Shown here: positions 28,762-41,800 of the stretch, piece after piece
Numbering within the stretch: the stretch's first letter is position 1
Layout of the letters: the number at the start of each line of letters is the position of its first letter
Translations under genes and position numbers: made by a program
Origin: Octopus bimaculoides
Taxonomy: Eukaryota
Direction of reading: 5' to 3'
Length of the DNA stretch: 64,000 nt
NCBI RefSeq assembly: GCF_001194135.2
Contig: NC_068983.1
Coordinates: 79,707,752 to 79,771,751 of the forward strand
The notes under the pieces: generated by a model
What the model was told of the DNA's origin: nothing
Seen by the model: the letters and a program-made list of their open reading frames with translations, nothing else
Databases searched by the model: none

Positions 28762-29789
28762 CATGTATGTATATATGTATGTATATATCATGGTGGTGGA
28801 CATCCCTCTCACAAACCACAGGTGAGGACCCTGTAACTTTTTACTATACATTAGATTTAAGGAGAAAAAACTGAAACTAAAATAACTTCATTAGGATCAA
28901 AGAATTTAATTAGTATAACAGAGAATTTCAGTAACATGATACCCCTGTTTGTTTTGGAATATCTTTCTCCAACAATCTGTTCTTATGATTTGGATTTGCT
29001 GTTGGATGAGTAGGTTGTGAGGAGAGTTGTACTGATGGGGTGGAGTGGTGGGTAAATTTAGAAAGAAGAAAGCTTGGTGTTCTGGTCAACTTCCTTCCCA
29101 AGCTCTGAGTAAGAAGAAACCACAGCAAATATGTATAAGATGACTTTTATATTGAGTTTCATTGTCCTCCCAAAGTGCAGCCTGAATCTAAAAGAGACTA
29201 TGATATAAAGAATGAAAAATAAAGACAAAGGGAGAGGAGAAAATTAATAGAACACAAAAATACATGTTTATACAAACGGTTTCTTTCAAATCTTCTCAGG
29301 TAATTTCAATTTTATTTTATGGCTTTATCAAAGGCAGAAAAGCAATTCCTATGACAATTTTTGACGAGCCCTTGAGACTACAGGTATCATGAAAGGGATA
29401 AAGAAGCCAAGACTTATGAGTTGTTGTGACCTAAGGTAACTCATTAAGACATTGAATTATCTTCAATCCACAGGCCTAGTCTGAATCCTTGCCTCCACTA
29501 ATGTTGTCCAAAGGTCAGGTGGCAGTGGCAGTAGCAAACTGGGTGATGTATTCTGTCCACTACTCAATTGTTTGGCAGATATTATCAGCTTGATATACAA
29601 TTATTCTAAAATTATCATGAACAAATACATGGAAGATAGGCCATATAAAGTATTTTCATAAAGGAGTGTCGAAAATAAAGGTGGCAGGAAAGCTCTTTCT
29701 CTTACTCTCTCTGTCTCTTCTCTTTCACTCTGTGTGCGTATATGTACACACACATATATATGCAAAATTTCAATATATATATATATATA

Positions 29790-29877
29790 NNNNNNNNNNN
29801 NNNNNNNNNNNNNNNNNNNNNNNNNNNNNNNNNNNNNNNNNNNNNNNNNNNNNNNNNNNNNNNNNNNNNNNNNNNNN
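29790..29877. other. Assembly gap
   Basis: N run flanked by TA microsatellite. Confidence 1.
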
Positions 29878-30483
29878 ATATATACATACATACATACATA
29901 CATACATATATGAGAGTTGTAATACTGGTACTCTAATTTTGTCTGTACGTCAACAGACATTGAGAAAAGTTTGTTTTATGATGTTCTCTAAATGGCTATC
30001 TAATGTTTGACAACTTTCTTTATGGCACTTCCTGTAGGATAATTTTTGTTTTTTTTTTAATTCATAGTTTCCAACAGTAGTAGCAGTAGTAGTAGTAGTT
30101 CACAAAGAATCAACATAGACAAGCCTTGACCTGTCTTGTTGAAAAGTCAGTGCTTCTTAACCTTGTAACTCCAAATACTATTCACTCCTATATTCTTTTC
30201 CTTTCCTTATGTCTATCTGGTCTCTTTATTATTTTAACACAGTGAATTTCTTTATTCCTTATGGAGATTTTATGTAAGGTAATATATTTTTCTTTTATAT
30301 TCTGTATATTTTATTGTGTTTCTTAAGTTTCTCTTTTGTTTATTTTTTTCTTCTACCATACTCCTACTGTTTCAATTTACATTTTAAATTCTTTTCACAC
30401 AGATAACACAAGGATATATATGAAAGAGTTGTGAATGAATATGTACACGCACAAACTCTCACACACACACATACAGACACACA

Positions 30484-31024
30484 NNNNNNNNNNNNNNNNN
30501 NNNNNNNNNNNNNNNNNNNNNNNNNNNNNNNNNNNNNNNNNNNNNNNNNNNNNNNNNNNNNNNNNNNNNNNNNNNNNNNNNNNNNNNNNNNNNNNNNNNN
30601 NNNNNNNNNNNNNNNNNNNNNNNNNNNNNNNNNNNNNNNNNNNNNNNNNNNNNNNNNNNNNNNNNNNNNNNNNNNNNNNNNNNNNNNNNNNNNNNNNNNN
30701 NNNNNNNNNNNNNNNNNNNNNNNNNNNNNNNNNNNNNNNNNNNNNNNNNNNNNNNNNNNNNNNNNNNNNNNNNNNNNNNNNNNNNNNNNNNNNNNNNNNN
30801 NNNNNNNNNNNNNNNNNNNNNNNNNNNNNNNNNNNNNNNNNNNNNNNNNNNNNNNNNNNNNNNNNNNNNNNNNNNNNNNNNNNNNNNNNNNNNNNNNNNN
30901 NNNNNNNNNNNNNNNNNNNNNNNNNNNNNNNNNNNNNNNNNNNNNNNNNNNNNNNNNNNNNNNNNNNNNNNNNNNNNNNNNNNNNNNNNNNNNNNNNNNN
31001 NNNNNNNNNNNNNNNNNNNNNNNN
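30484..31024. other. Assembly gap
   Basis: N run flanked by CA/GT microsatellites. Confidence 1.
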
Positions 31025-31104
<80 letters not shown>

Positions 31105-31111
<7 letters not shown>

Positions 31112-31178
31112 CGAGTAGAAGATCCATCAAACTAAGTGAAATTGTAGTTAGTTTGATGGATCTTCTACTCGAGCACAC
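31105..31178. repeat. Perfect 30-bp inverted repeat with 14-nt loop
   Basis: GTGTGCTCGAGTAGAAGATCCATCAAACTA / TAGTTTGATGGATCTTCTACTCGAGCACAC. Confidence 0.97.
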
Positions 31179-33618
31179 CAGATACTGGTGTCACACAAAT
31201 GACACCCATGCCAGTGACACATAAAAGCACCCATTACACTCTCAGAGTGGTTGGCATTAGGAAGGGCATCTAGCTGTAGAGACAATGCCAAATCAAACTG
31301 GAGTCTGGTGCAACCCCTCGGCTTACAAGCTCTGGTCAAACTGTCCAACCCATGCCAATGTTGGTCTGTCTACATCCCATATAAAGCCGCTTAATTTTAA
31401 ATAATCCATTAATGTGTGTGTGTGTGTGTATCATCATCATCGTTTTAATATCCACTTTTCCATAGTTGCATGACTCAGATTGAGTTTATTCAGACGTATT
31501 TCTACAGCTGGATGTTCTTCCTGATGCCAACCCAAGTATTGTAAAGAAATCTTGTAAAAACATGTTGAGGCAACAATATTGTTGTTGTTGACAATGATGA
31601 TGACAAAGATGCATCCCAGATATGTTTTAATTAAGCAAACCAAACTGTTGCAGTCATGTTCCCTTCTTTTTTCTATATCTAAATAGAACAACATTATTTG
31701 AAAAGTTAAGAGCAATACACATTGCCATTATCTGATCCTCAGAGATGGTAGAAAGAAGGGAGGAACTTATCCTCCAACCAGAAACCTATTCCAAATGCTT
31801 GCAATAGAGTGGACTCTGTTAAAGGCACCCAAGGATCAAGAGGTGGTGTTAAAATGGACAACAGTTTAAGCCTACCTTCTAAGATCAGAAATAAAAATGG
31901 TCCATCAATTGGCATTCACTGTGTTTTTGTCTAACAAATTTCAAATCTCACTCTCAAAGCTTTCCTTAATCTAAAACTATTACAGAAGATCGACCCAAGG
32001 TTCTATATAGTGACTTCTTACCCCCCAGTCTTTTGTTTCTTTAGTAAGACAGTAGGGTGAGATTTGAAGAAATTCAGTTACTATTTTTAGCAGGTTAGGT
32101 ACTTTTTAATGGATCTGTCATTGAACAACAATGCCAAGTATTTAGGTGTGAAGAACAGTGAATTCTCTCTAATGTGAGGCATCTCAGTATTTGACATTTC
32201 AGTAAATTAGAAGCGACAGCTAGTTGACCAGAGGTGATTTCTTTTAGTTACATGGCTAGTTGAGAAGGTTTCTACATTATAGTTTGTACAGCAAACTGTC
32301 ATGTTGAGAGTGTTTAATTGTTTTATTTAGTCACATAAAATGACTGTGCATTTACAAGTAACAGTAACCCTTGTATGACCATATTTCTTCTAATCATAGA
32401 TAATATATGTATTTATTTCAATTAGTTTTCATGGTAATCAAAAATTTGAATGGTTTAGGAAGATAATCATTAATATGTTTTACTTATTAGTTGTTGTTAC
32501 TTAAGCCCCAACTCTGTCCTATCAAGCATGCCTATAATTAAAAGTATTCCACTCAATATCACCACTTTTTAGGGTTATGTAGGTAGGTGTAGAGTTTCCA
32601 AATTGGCCTTGGCTAATTTAAGTTGGTAGGATAAAATTTTAAGGTATTTGGTTACTCTTTTTTGACAAGTCAGGCAACTATTTCAAGACACCTTCATTGG
32701 TTCATTTTGTTTATATATCTATATTATGTTATATATATTTTTATATATTATGTTAAGCTGGTATTTGGAACACAACATTACAAATGATTCTCAGTCTAAT
32801 ATACAATATTCTTTTATTCTTTTACTTGTTTCAGTCATTTGACTGTGGTCATGCTGGAGCATTGCTTTAATATATTGAAGTTTAACAACAATATTTCAAA
32901 TGAAATTTTAATTTAGCAGTGAACATATTATCATTTTACAGAGTGGTTTCATGGAAGTTGATAACATCAAAACAGAGACTTCTCAGAAAAGTTTGTATTA
33001 GTATGGTTGTTTCTTTGTTTTTTAAGGAAGTTATTCTTTTTTGTTGGTCTTTCTAACCATTTATAAAGGGTTATGTTTAGGGTGATGTTTAAGAAACTAG
33101 TGAGGTTCATCATGGCAGTTATTTTGAATTTGAAAGTATTAAATATCTATGTTAGATCCCACCTGAATCTACCTAGCGTAAGTTCATTCATATCCTAAGA
33201 TATAGCTAACCCATCAGTTTATATACATATATACTAAAGTCTATATTCATGAATTTTGTTGGTGAATGCATTTATAAAATACAGTACAATAATGCAACTA
33301 ACACAACCAACTTCACCAGTCTAGATTTCTGCATATAACTGTAGAGTGAGACAATGCTTTTAAGCCTTTTAGAAAGCCCATTGTAAAACTAACATTTATT
33401 TTGTATAAGTAAGTGGCAAGCCTTACATACACAATAATGTAAAACTAACTTACCTAGTAAATAATATAAATAGGAAACAATCTACTCTCTCATATAATAA
33501 GAATTCAAAAAGGCACTATGCTACAAGATAGCTCTAGAAGCCAACACCTTGAAAGAGGAAATCACATACAGGCAAAACACTCCATTGCAAAATTATAACA
33601 AAAGATATATATTTCTGA

Positions 33619-33689
<71 letters not shown>

Positions 33690-33960
33690 TTTCTTTCACT
33701 GCTGAGAGTTGGTGTGGTTTGAATAAGTCACTTTAACTTAACTGTTGGTGAAAGAGACCAATAGAATGAGTACCAAACTTAAAATAAGTACAGGAGTTGA
33801 TATTGATATACTAAACATTTCAAAACTGAAACATGAAAAGAGAAAAGAATGTGGGTGTGTGAGTGAGTATATAAATCTAGTCTCTTTAAATATATACATG
33901 TACATTTATGAAAATATATGTCTATACATTATATATGTATTTACACCTTTTTTTTATATA

Positions 33961-34183
33961 CAGTAATCCCTCACCATATCACGGTTCACTTATCACAGTT
34001 TATTATTTAAGCTTACATCGATTCCTCCATGGTGTTGTTTTGTATTTATAATAAAATAAATATATACAAATTATAAAAATAATAAAAAAATATATACTGT
34101 ACAGTACTGTTTCTACTTCGCAGATTTTCACCTATCACGGCGGGTTTTGGGACGTAACACCTATGATAATTGGGGGATTATTG
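33961..34183. mobile_element. pogo/Tigger-type MITE
   Basis: Ends CAGTAATCCCTC... and ...GGGGGATTATTG with TA on both sides. Confidence 0.7.
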
Positions 34184-34912
34184 TATATATTATAAACTAG
34201 TCTGTTTCATTGGTCTTCTTACATTTTTTATGGTGGAATGGTTTTGATGACGCTTTGTTTTATAGCCTGATGCCTTTCCTGCTGCTAACCATCACCTGTT
34301 TTTCAGATAAGGGGTCTTTAGGGTCATACAGCATCGAAGGCATCAGCTCATGATTTGTTGACAAGATAAATGATATCCACATGACTTGTAGTTTGTGATA
34401 TTTGGAGAAGAGTAAATCTAAACAAACACATAGATACAAGTATACACACGTACACACAGATACATACATACATACGAATGAACGAACAAACAAACAAACA
34501 AATAGACAGTCAGACAAACAAACAAACGAACAGCACATATATGTGTATACATACAAAAATACCCTGTTGATGTTGAAATTCCAATGAAGGAGCTTTGGAT
34601 CTAGGTTAGAAACTGACTCTTTCTTTATTGGCAAGAAAATCTTGAAATAAAACTGAATAATCACACATCATCATCATTTAACATTTGTTTTCCATGTTGG
34701 TATGGGTTGGACAGTTTCACAGAAGCTGGAGAGCTGTCTAGGTTCTAATTGTCTAGTTTGGCATATTTCCTGTGGCTTCTACAGCTAGATGCCATTCCTA
34801 ATGCCAACCACTAAAAAGAGTGTGGTGGGTGCATCTTACATGCTACAGACATTTTATGTGTTCCTAGCATGAGTGCCTTTTATGTGGCACAAGTGTATTT
34901 TATGTGACACCA

Positions 34913-34978
<66 letters not shown>

Positions 34979-35404
34979 TTATATATTTATAATTCAACCT
35001 TTATGGTGCTTATCACTGGAAAATAATACTATTGTATTGTAATAATACTTATAATTTTTTACATAAAACTTTCACTGTTCTCAGTTCTGGTTATGGCTTG
35101 GACTACCAGCCAAGTGTATAGGTATTGTTGTAGTGGATATTTTAAATTTTGTCTTTGGTGAATCTAGCTGATGAGGACTAACCAGATTTATGATAACAAG
35201 CATATTCTGGAAAGTCTGAAACTCGAGTACTAGGTTATCCATTCCTCTCGTGTTTCTCCTAGAGGTAAGATGAAATTTTTTTATGTTCACTGCCTGCACA
35301 CATCTTTGCCTCTATACATTCAGTGAAGCTTTACAATAGCATCATATGGCTATTGACTGCTATTTCCAGCAAACATAGGTACATTGTTGTGCCACTATTT
35401 TATT

Positions 35405-35760
35405 TTTTTACTTGTTTCAGTCATTTGACTGCAGCCATGCTGGAGCAACACCTTAAAGGGTTTTAGTTGAAGAAATCGACCCCAGGACTTATTCTTTGTG
35501 AGCCTAGTGCTTATTTTATCATTACAGGGACATAAATATACCCACATCAGTTATCAAGTGATGATGAGGGGACAAACACAGACACACATAAATATATACA
35601 TATACATAAGCGACAGGCTTATTTCAGTTTCCATCTACCAAATTCACTCACAAGGCTTTGGTCTCCCCAAGGCCATAGTAGAAGACATTTACTCAAGGTG
35701 CCACACTGTGGGACTGAACATGTGGTTGAGAAGCAAGCTTCTTACCACACAGCCACACAC
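35405..35760 (-). mobile_element. SINE family A
   Basis: TTTTACTTGTTTCAGTCATTTGACTGCAGCCATGCTGGAGC tail through CTTCTTACCACACAGCCAC head. Confidence 0.82.
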
Positions 35761-36077
35761 AAACACACACAAGTGAGTGAACAAATAAAAGTGACACTCA
35801 ACACGTTTAGTAGGAGTTATGTGTGTTCATTATTTACATTTGATGGATATTTGTTCTCGTCTTGTTTGTTTCGGCTGATATACCCTCCAGCCTTCATCAG
35901 GTGTCTTGGGGAAATTTCGAACCTGGATTCTCATTCCTAAGGTATTTTTCAATGTTATTATTATCATCATTGTTGTTATTCAGGTCACTGTTTGGAATCG
36001 AACTCAGAATCTTGGGGTTAGTAGCCTATGTTCTTAACCACTATGCCCGTGGGCAATTATGGAGTGAACTTTAGGGT

Positions 36078-36400
36078 TTATAAATCTAATATTTTCTTGT
36101 CCTTCCTTAATACCAGTTCCCATATGCTATTCATATCAGCACTCAGTCTGCTTAGGAGGTTGTTGTGTCCTAGCATATGTGCTGCTTCTTTTAGTTTACG
36201 TATTTTCCAGCGGTATTCTCTGTCAATTATTTTAACTTCATCCCACAGGGAGAGGTGGTCTCTATTTTGCCATGCATGATCAGCTATACCTGATTTATCA
36301 ATATCTCCTCGTGTCACAGCTTCGCAATGTTCCTCCACACTTATCTTGAGGGGGCGACATGTTTTGCCTTTGTATAACCTACCACATGCTGCCCCCTCAA
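36078..36400 (-). mobile_element. Penelope-like element, GIY-YIG endonuclease C-terminal fragment
   Basis: KSGIADHAWQNRDHLSLWDEVKIIDREYRWKIRKLKEAAHM matches the S.IA.H...H...W..VKI....W..R..KEA pattern of Penelope-like GIY-YIG domains. Confidence 0.8.
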
Positions 36401-36590
36401 AATAAGGGTAGAGGAATATTGCAAAGCTATGACACAAAGAGATATTGATAAATCAGGAATAGCTGATCGTGTATGGAGAAATGGAGACCACCTCTCCCTG
36501 TGGGATGAAGTTAAAATAATAGACAGAGAGCGCTACTGGAAAATACAAAAACTAAAAGAAGCAGCACATATGTCAGGACACAACAACCTC
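36386..36590 (+). mobile_element. Inverted second copy of the Penelope-like GIY-YIG fragment
   Basis: ORF 36429-36644 reads DIDKSGIADRVWRNGDHLSLWDEVKIIDRERYWKIQKLKEAAHMSGHNNL, the same peptide as the minus-strand copy. Confidence 0.8.
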
Positions 36591-36967
36591 ATATGTTATT
36601 TAATAACAGATTGGTTCAGCTCCAGGCAACTTCAAATTATGTAGGCTCATCAAACAAACCTAACTCGTCAAGCTCATAGAAACTGATTGAGGTGAGTCCA
36701 AGATGGTTCCTGAATAATTGGCTGCTCAATATCCAGAAGTCTTCTCAGATTTGCCTCATTCAGTTTCTATTCACCTCACAAGTTAGGTGCATTTGACAAG
36801 CTTATAAAACTTTAAGTTACATATGTATATATGCATATGTAAGTGTATTTGTGAGTGTATGTGTGTGTGTGTAAGTCAGTTGTTGAAAATGTTGCACATT
36901 GAGACTGAACATGAAACCAGGTAGTTGGTAAGCAAACTTCTCAACCACATATCCATGTCTATGCCTA

Positions 36968-36992
36968 TACACACACACGTGCACACACACAT

Positions 36993-37048
<56 letters not shown>

Positions 37049-37058
37049 GCGCGCGCGC
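36968..37058. repeat. (CA)n followed by (CG)12 microsatellite
   Basis: Direct reading; near-continuous purine-pyrimidine alternation. Confidence 0.95.
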
Positions 37059-38238
37059 AAGGTTTGGGATATAAATGTTAAGCTTGTAGCACAGGGATGG
37101 GGGAGTGTCATCAAATATCTTGAAAGACAGAAGTGACATCATGCCAAACATGAATTCATTAGTGTATTGTAATAATTTGAAATATAAGAAAATATAAAGT
37201 GACAGACAATGTTGTTCTAGTTCCCCCTTTCAGTTGTTTTGATTTCTCTATGGCATATGTTATAAATAATCACTGTAAATATTCTGATCTCTATAGAATA
37301 TTCCGTTACCAATTCAAATTTTCACCAGTGATGAATTAATCAGTAGTTAAGCATAAATCTATTTTGATAAAATATCAGTTTCTCTGACCCCCCCAGGTCA
37401 AGAGATATTTGAGATTTGTTTATTATGCAGATTGCAGAACAGATTTAAGACAACCTTGTTTTATACAAGTGCCAAAGTTTATGAAAGTTTACTGATGATA
37501 TCCATTGCTTTGTTTGCTACCATCTATGCATTTTTCTGTTCATTTAGTTATATACTTACCGGCCTGTCTGTCTGATTCTCTCTTTCTCCCTATTTATTTC
37601 TTTTGTTATATTGTCTACTGCATATGTATGTGTTTTATTTATCTGCCTAATAGTTTCTTTGTTTTATACTTTCTCTTTTCATTTGCCTCTATGTGCAATA
37701 AATACTAGTTTCTATAAGTCTCTGTATTAAAAAAAATTATTTATTTATCTATGTTTGTTTGTTTGTCCATCTGTTATCCATTCAGCCTGTTATCCCTCCA
37801 ATTTATGTTTAGCGCTTTTAACATAATTATTCCTGCTAGGTATTACCTTTGCTAATATAAGGCAGTGGGGTGGCAGGGGCCTCCATAAAGTCTTTTGATC
37901 TACTAGAAACAACAGATGAATTTCCTCAAACAACACTCTATCATCTTGAGAAAAGGGAATACTGAATAATGTAGTCCGTAGCTCAGTTTCCTACCAAAGA
38001 GGCAATTTGGTCTTCGCATCAATGTCTTTGATGATCAGTCTGTTGAATCAGGGTTAATTAGAAGCTAAACAATAATCACAACAATAACAGCTCATCAAAT
38101 TCAATCCTATTGTTCTACAACTTGAGCAAATGTCTTCTACCATTAACTTTAGGGTGTGCAAAGCTTTGTGAGTAAAATTTCATAAATGAATCTATTAACT
38201 CATTTATCACTCTCATATTGGCCCTTGCATCCCTTTAG

Positions 38239-38299
38239 CAGAGCCCACTTTGTTGAAAAGATTCAGGCCAAGCTTCATCTTGTGATGAAAGTCTTGAAA
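38239..38299 (+). CDS. Candidate short exon (RAHFVEKIQAKLHLVMKVLK)
   Basis: Pyrimidine-rich CCCTTTAG acceptor, AAA|GTAGGT donor, protein-like frame only. Confidence 0.2.
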
Positions 38300-38379
38300 G
38301 TAGGTCGTAGGTGCTGCTTCTCCTTTTTTTGAGTAAGTATAAAAATTGCACATGTTGCTCTGCATATGTTGGATATGAG

Positions 38380-38640
38380 CATTGGGCTCACAATCATGAG
38401 GTAGTGAGTTTGATTCCCAGACTGGGTTGTTTGTTGTGTTTCTGAGCAAGACACTTTATTTCACGTTGCCACAGTTCAGTCAGTTGTAGAAATGAGTTGT
38501 GATGTCACTGGTGCCAAGCTGTGTTGGTTTTTGCCTTTCCCTTGAATAACATCAGTGGTGTGGATAGGGGAGGCTGGTATGCATGGGAGACTGCTGGTCT
38601 TCCATAAACAACCTTTCTAGGTGCAGTTCCATGGTCATTC
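38380..38640 (+). mobile_element. SINE-like family C
   Basis: GAGCAAGACACTTTATTTCAC...GTCACTGGTGCCAAGCTG; related segments at ~680-800 and, reversed, ~48540-48845. Confidence 0.6.
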
Positions 38641-39779
38641 ATGACTAGAGGGTCTTTTTCACTTTAAATGTTGTTATACATATATATATATATATATATA
38701 TAGTATACATTCATTCATTTAACTCTGTTTTACTGTAATAACAAAGTCTTCATTTATGTTAATATCAAACATAATGTACAAAGATAAAATAAATCATCTG
38801 AAAATAAAATGGGAAATTAATCCTTTTTTTAACTAGAACTTAAAAAGGCTTTTATGTAGTTCCTTGAATAACAATATAATAACCAATTAAGCAATTACTA
38901 GTAATTAAAAATAACCAATTAAGCAATTACAAGTAATTAGAAATAACTACTATTTTACTTGTTGAAATAATGATTTCTAATGTAGACAGAAAGCCTCAAA
39001 TTTGGGGAGAAAATATAATTAATTAACATCACCCTTTGTTCCTGTCTGATACCTTTGTATACTTTTCATTGACTCAAAAAGAATGAAAAGCAAAGATGAC
39101 CTTAGCAGGGTTCAGAATAACAATGTAAAGAGTCATAGTTGTATTCTTCAAAAGCACAAAAGCAGTACTGCAAGTCTGGTTGGAGAATAGCGAGGAAGAA
39201 ATACTGACTTGTAGATTACAGCAGCAAGAAATGGCATATTTAGGATAAGTTATATTTACGTCAGTGTTCTGATCTGAATACTTGCTACAGAGTGAGTGGG
39301 CACTACTAAAGGCATCCATTGGCCAGCTCAAGTACTGAAGTCAATTCAATCACCTGTATTTTTCCATAAAAATGTGTGGTTTTGTGCCAAAAGTAATGAA
39401 TTACAATTATGAAAATTCTCTGATAGCTGCAGTGTATAATAAAATTTTAAAAACAATATTAGATATCACAACATTTTTATGTTAACAAAGCATGAAGATG
39501 CTGGTGTTATATAATATCACAGTAGAAATATGAAATTGTTGTTATGAATAAATTCCTACTTAAACTTCAACATCCATCATCATCATTTTACTTCCACTCT
39601 CCATATTGGTATAGGTTAGATGGATTGTTCAGTCTGAGTCATTTTTTTTATTGATAGCAGAATGGTGCTCATACATGTCATTTGGTTTGGTTTCTATAGT
39701 TGAATTCCCTTCTTTTCACTAACAACTTTATGGAGTGTACCGGAAATATTTTCTTATAGCATCAATACTATAGATATTA

Positions 39780-39996
39780 TGAGGAGGTGCTGAAAAGTTC
39801 CTGGTTGTGGGTAAAAGAAAATACAGGAGGATCAGTTAATTATGATTTTATTCAACATATTCTCCTCGCAGATTAACACACTTATTGCAGTGGCCCTTTA
39901 GTTTTTCTAGGCCCTGTGAAAGAACTTGGAAGGTTGGACCTCCAGCCAGGCCTTTCGTGATGCCCTTAACATCAGGAACTTTTCAGCATCCCCTCA
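39780..39996 (+). mobile_element. Mariner-type MITE, copy 2
   Basis: Same TIRs and interior (GGATCAGTTAATTATGATTTTATTCAACATATT); TA on both sides. Confidence 0.85.
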
Positions 39997-40054
39997 TAAA
40001 TAGACCCTGGTGAGATAGAATTAAGGGAACATCATGATCCTACATTTTCTCTTA

Positions 40055-40117
40055 TTTGCCCATCTCTTTACCATGTTTGCCCATCTCTTTACCATGTTTG
40101 CCCATCTCTTTACAATG
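40055..40117. repeat. 21-bp tandem repeat x3
   Basis: TTTGCCCATCTCTTTACCATG x3, last copy with one mismatch. Confidence 0.95.
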
Positions 40118-40449
40118 TGTCTACTGAGTGCATTTTCATGGCATCAGCATTAGAGAGGTAGCTGTGTTCACTGTTCACATGTAGAGGGAACATGGTAGAT
40201 TCCATCAAAGCATAGGAGGGTTGCCTTGTACACATATGTGCAGAGTATTCAGTAAGCTAAGCTATGTAGACTATAGAGGGAAAAAGAGGCAAGAGAGAAA
40301 GAGCAAGATATCAGGAGGACCAGAATGAGTAGGATGGAGCAGTGTGTGTATGTGTGTGTAACAAGTTATGAGACTGGGCTGTTAAATTAGTTATTTTAAT
40401 ATCTAAATTAACTTCCTTGTAAATTATTTACCTTATACCAAAAGTAACT

Positions 40450-41800
40450 ATGCATAGGAACTAATTGGGACTGGTCGATTAACTTTGCTGAAACATAGTT
40501 AAGCAGTTTGCAGCCATCTTGAAAACAAGGGAATTTAAGGACAGTACCAAACATTGATCTGAACGAAATCACTGTTTTATTTGTATTAATGGTCAGTATT
40601 AAGGCTAAACTGAAAGTGTTGCTAATGGTTCCCAAAACAGCTGAAGACATGTTTCAGTTGTCTCCCTGGGACAATAATGAGCAATGAGAAGCTAAAAAGA
40701 TATTGGTCATTACCAAACAAACCAGTTTCATGTCCCTATGTCAAGAATCTTTTGAACACATTGTGAAATTCTTAATCAGTTTCATACAGGAATTGATATT
40801 GTGAATTTCATAATCTTGGTCATAGTGACCAAAGATGTGAAGATAAATTAATAGAAATCAGATACATTGAAGGAAGATACTAGATATCCTATATATCAAG
40901 GCTGTTGGAACCACTACATTTGGGAAATATGTCACCTGATGCATGTGTGAAGTTGATACAACAATAGAGACAACTACAGGAGATAATATTGCATTTCAAC
41001 AGAGTCAACATTACTCGTGTAGTACAGCTTAACATTGCATATATCAATGTTCTAAATAATATAATAAATTTATTAATTTATTAGACTGTAAATCATAATG
41101 ATAAATAATAAATTTAACAAATTAATTTATTAATATACAGATAATATATTATCCAAAGAATTGGCTTTTTTTGTAACCCAAAGAATTAGATTCATGAACC
41201 TGTACACATATGAATCAAGCTTATGTTAAACATATTGAATTGCAGCTTATCACAGTGAATTCTTTTACAAGGTAGCTCGAGATTATTCATATACTTGATA
41301 GGAAGAGCTCAACTGTACTGTAAAACAGGTGTTATATATAATTTTCTCTTGGAACTGTGAGCCAAAGATTTTGATATCAGGCAACAACCTTAAATTTCAT
41401 AATGATAATCAGTGTTTGGCTACAGAAAAAAATTAGCTACATTCCTTAAAGCAGCCCTTTATCACACAGTCAAATGGAAATGCAGAATGAAGGTTCATAT
41501 GATGAAAATGGTGAGAGATATTTTCCTTACATGAAGAAAAGTTTCTGTGAGTCATTTTTCTTCAGTAATCATGCAACAAAGTCTTGTGTTGATTGACTGT
41601 CAGATTTCTATTCATTCCATCATGTCCTGTTCTATAGATGAGCAGAGATAGTATAAAAAAATAATGGTTTAATATTGGAAATTGTAAACTTAGTGATTTA
41701 AGCTGGCTACAACATTGCTCTCGTTACAATGAACAAGACTAGAACTTTGGCTCATGCAGACCAAATCAAATGTAGATATGGACCACTTAAAATAAGTGAG
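40450..41800 (+). mobile_element. Highly decayed LTR-retrotransposon (Gypsy-like) integrase remnant
   Basis: QSNGNAE at 41467-41487 (integrase YHPQSNG.AER motif) and HADQIKCRY at 41753-41779 (resembles the H.DQ(I/L) motif at the pol end). Frames are broken and boundaries are approximate. Confidence 0.45.

Noticed and set aside
30431-31178. Long ORFs of 227-239 aa
   Set aside because: Mostly N-gap read-through.
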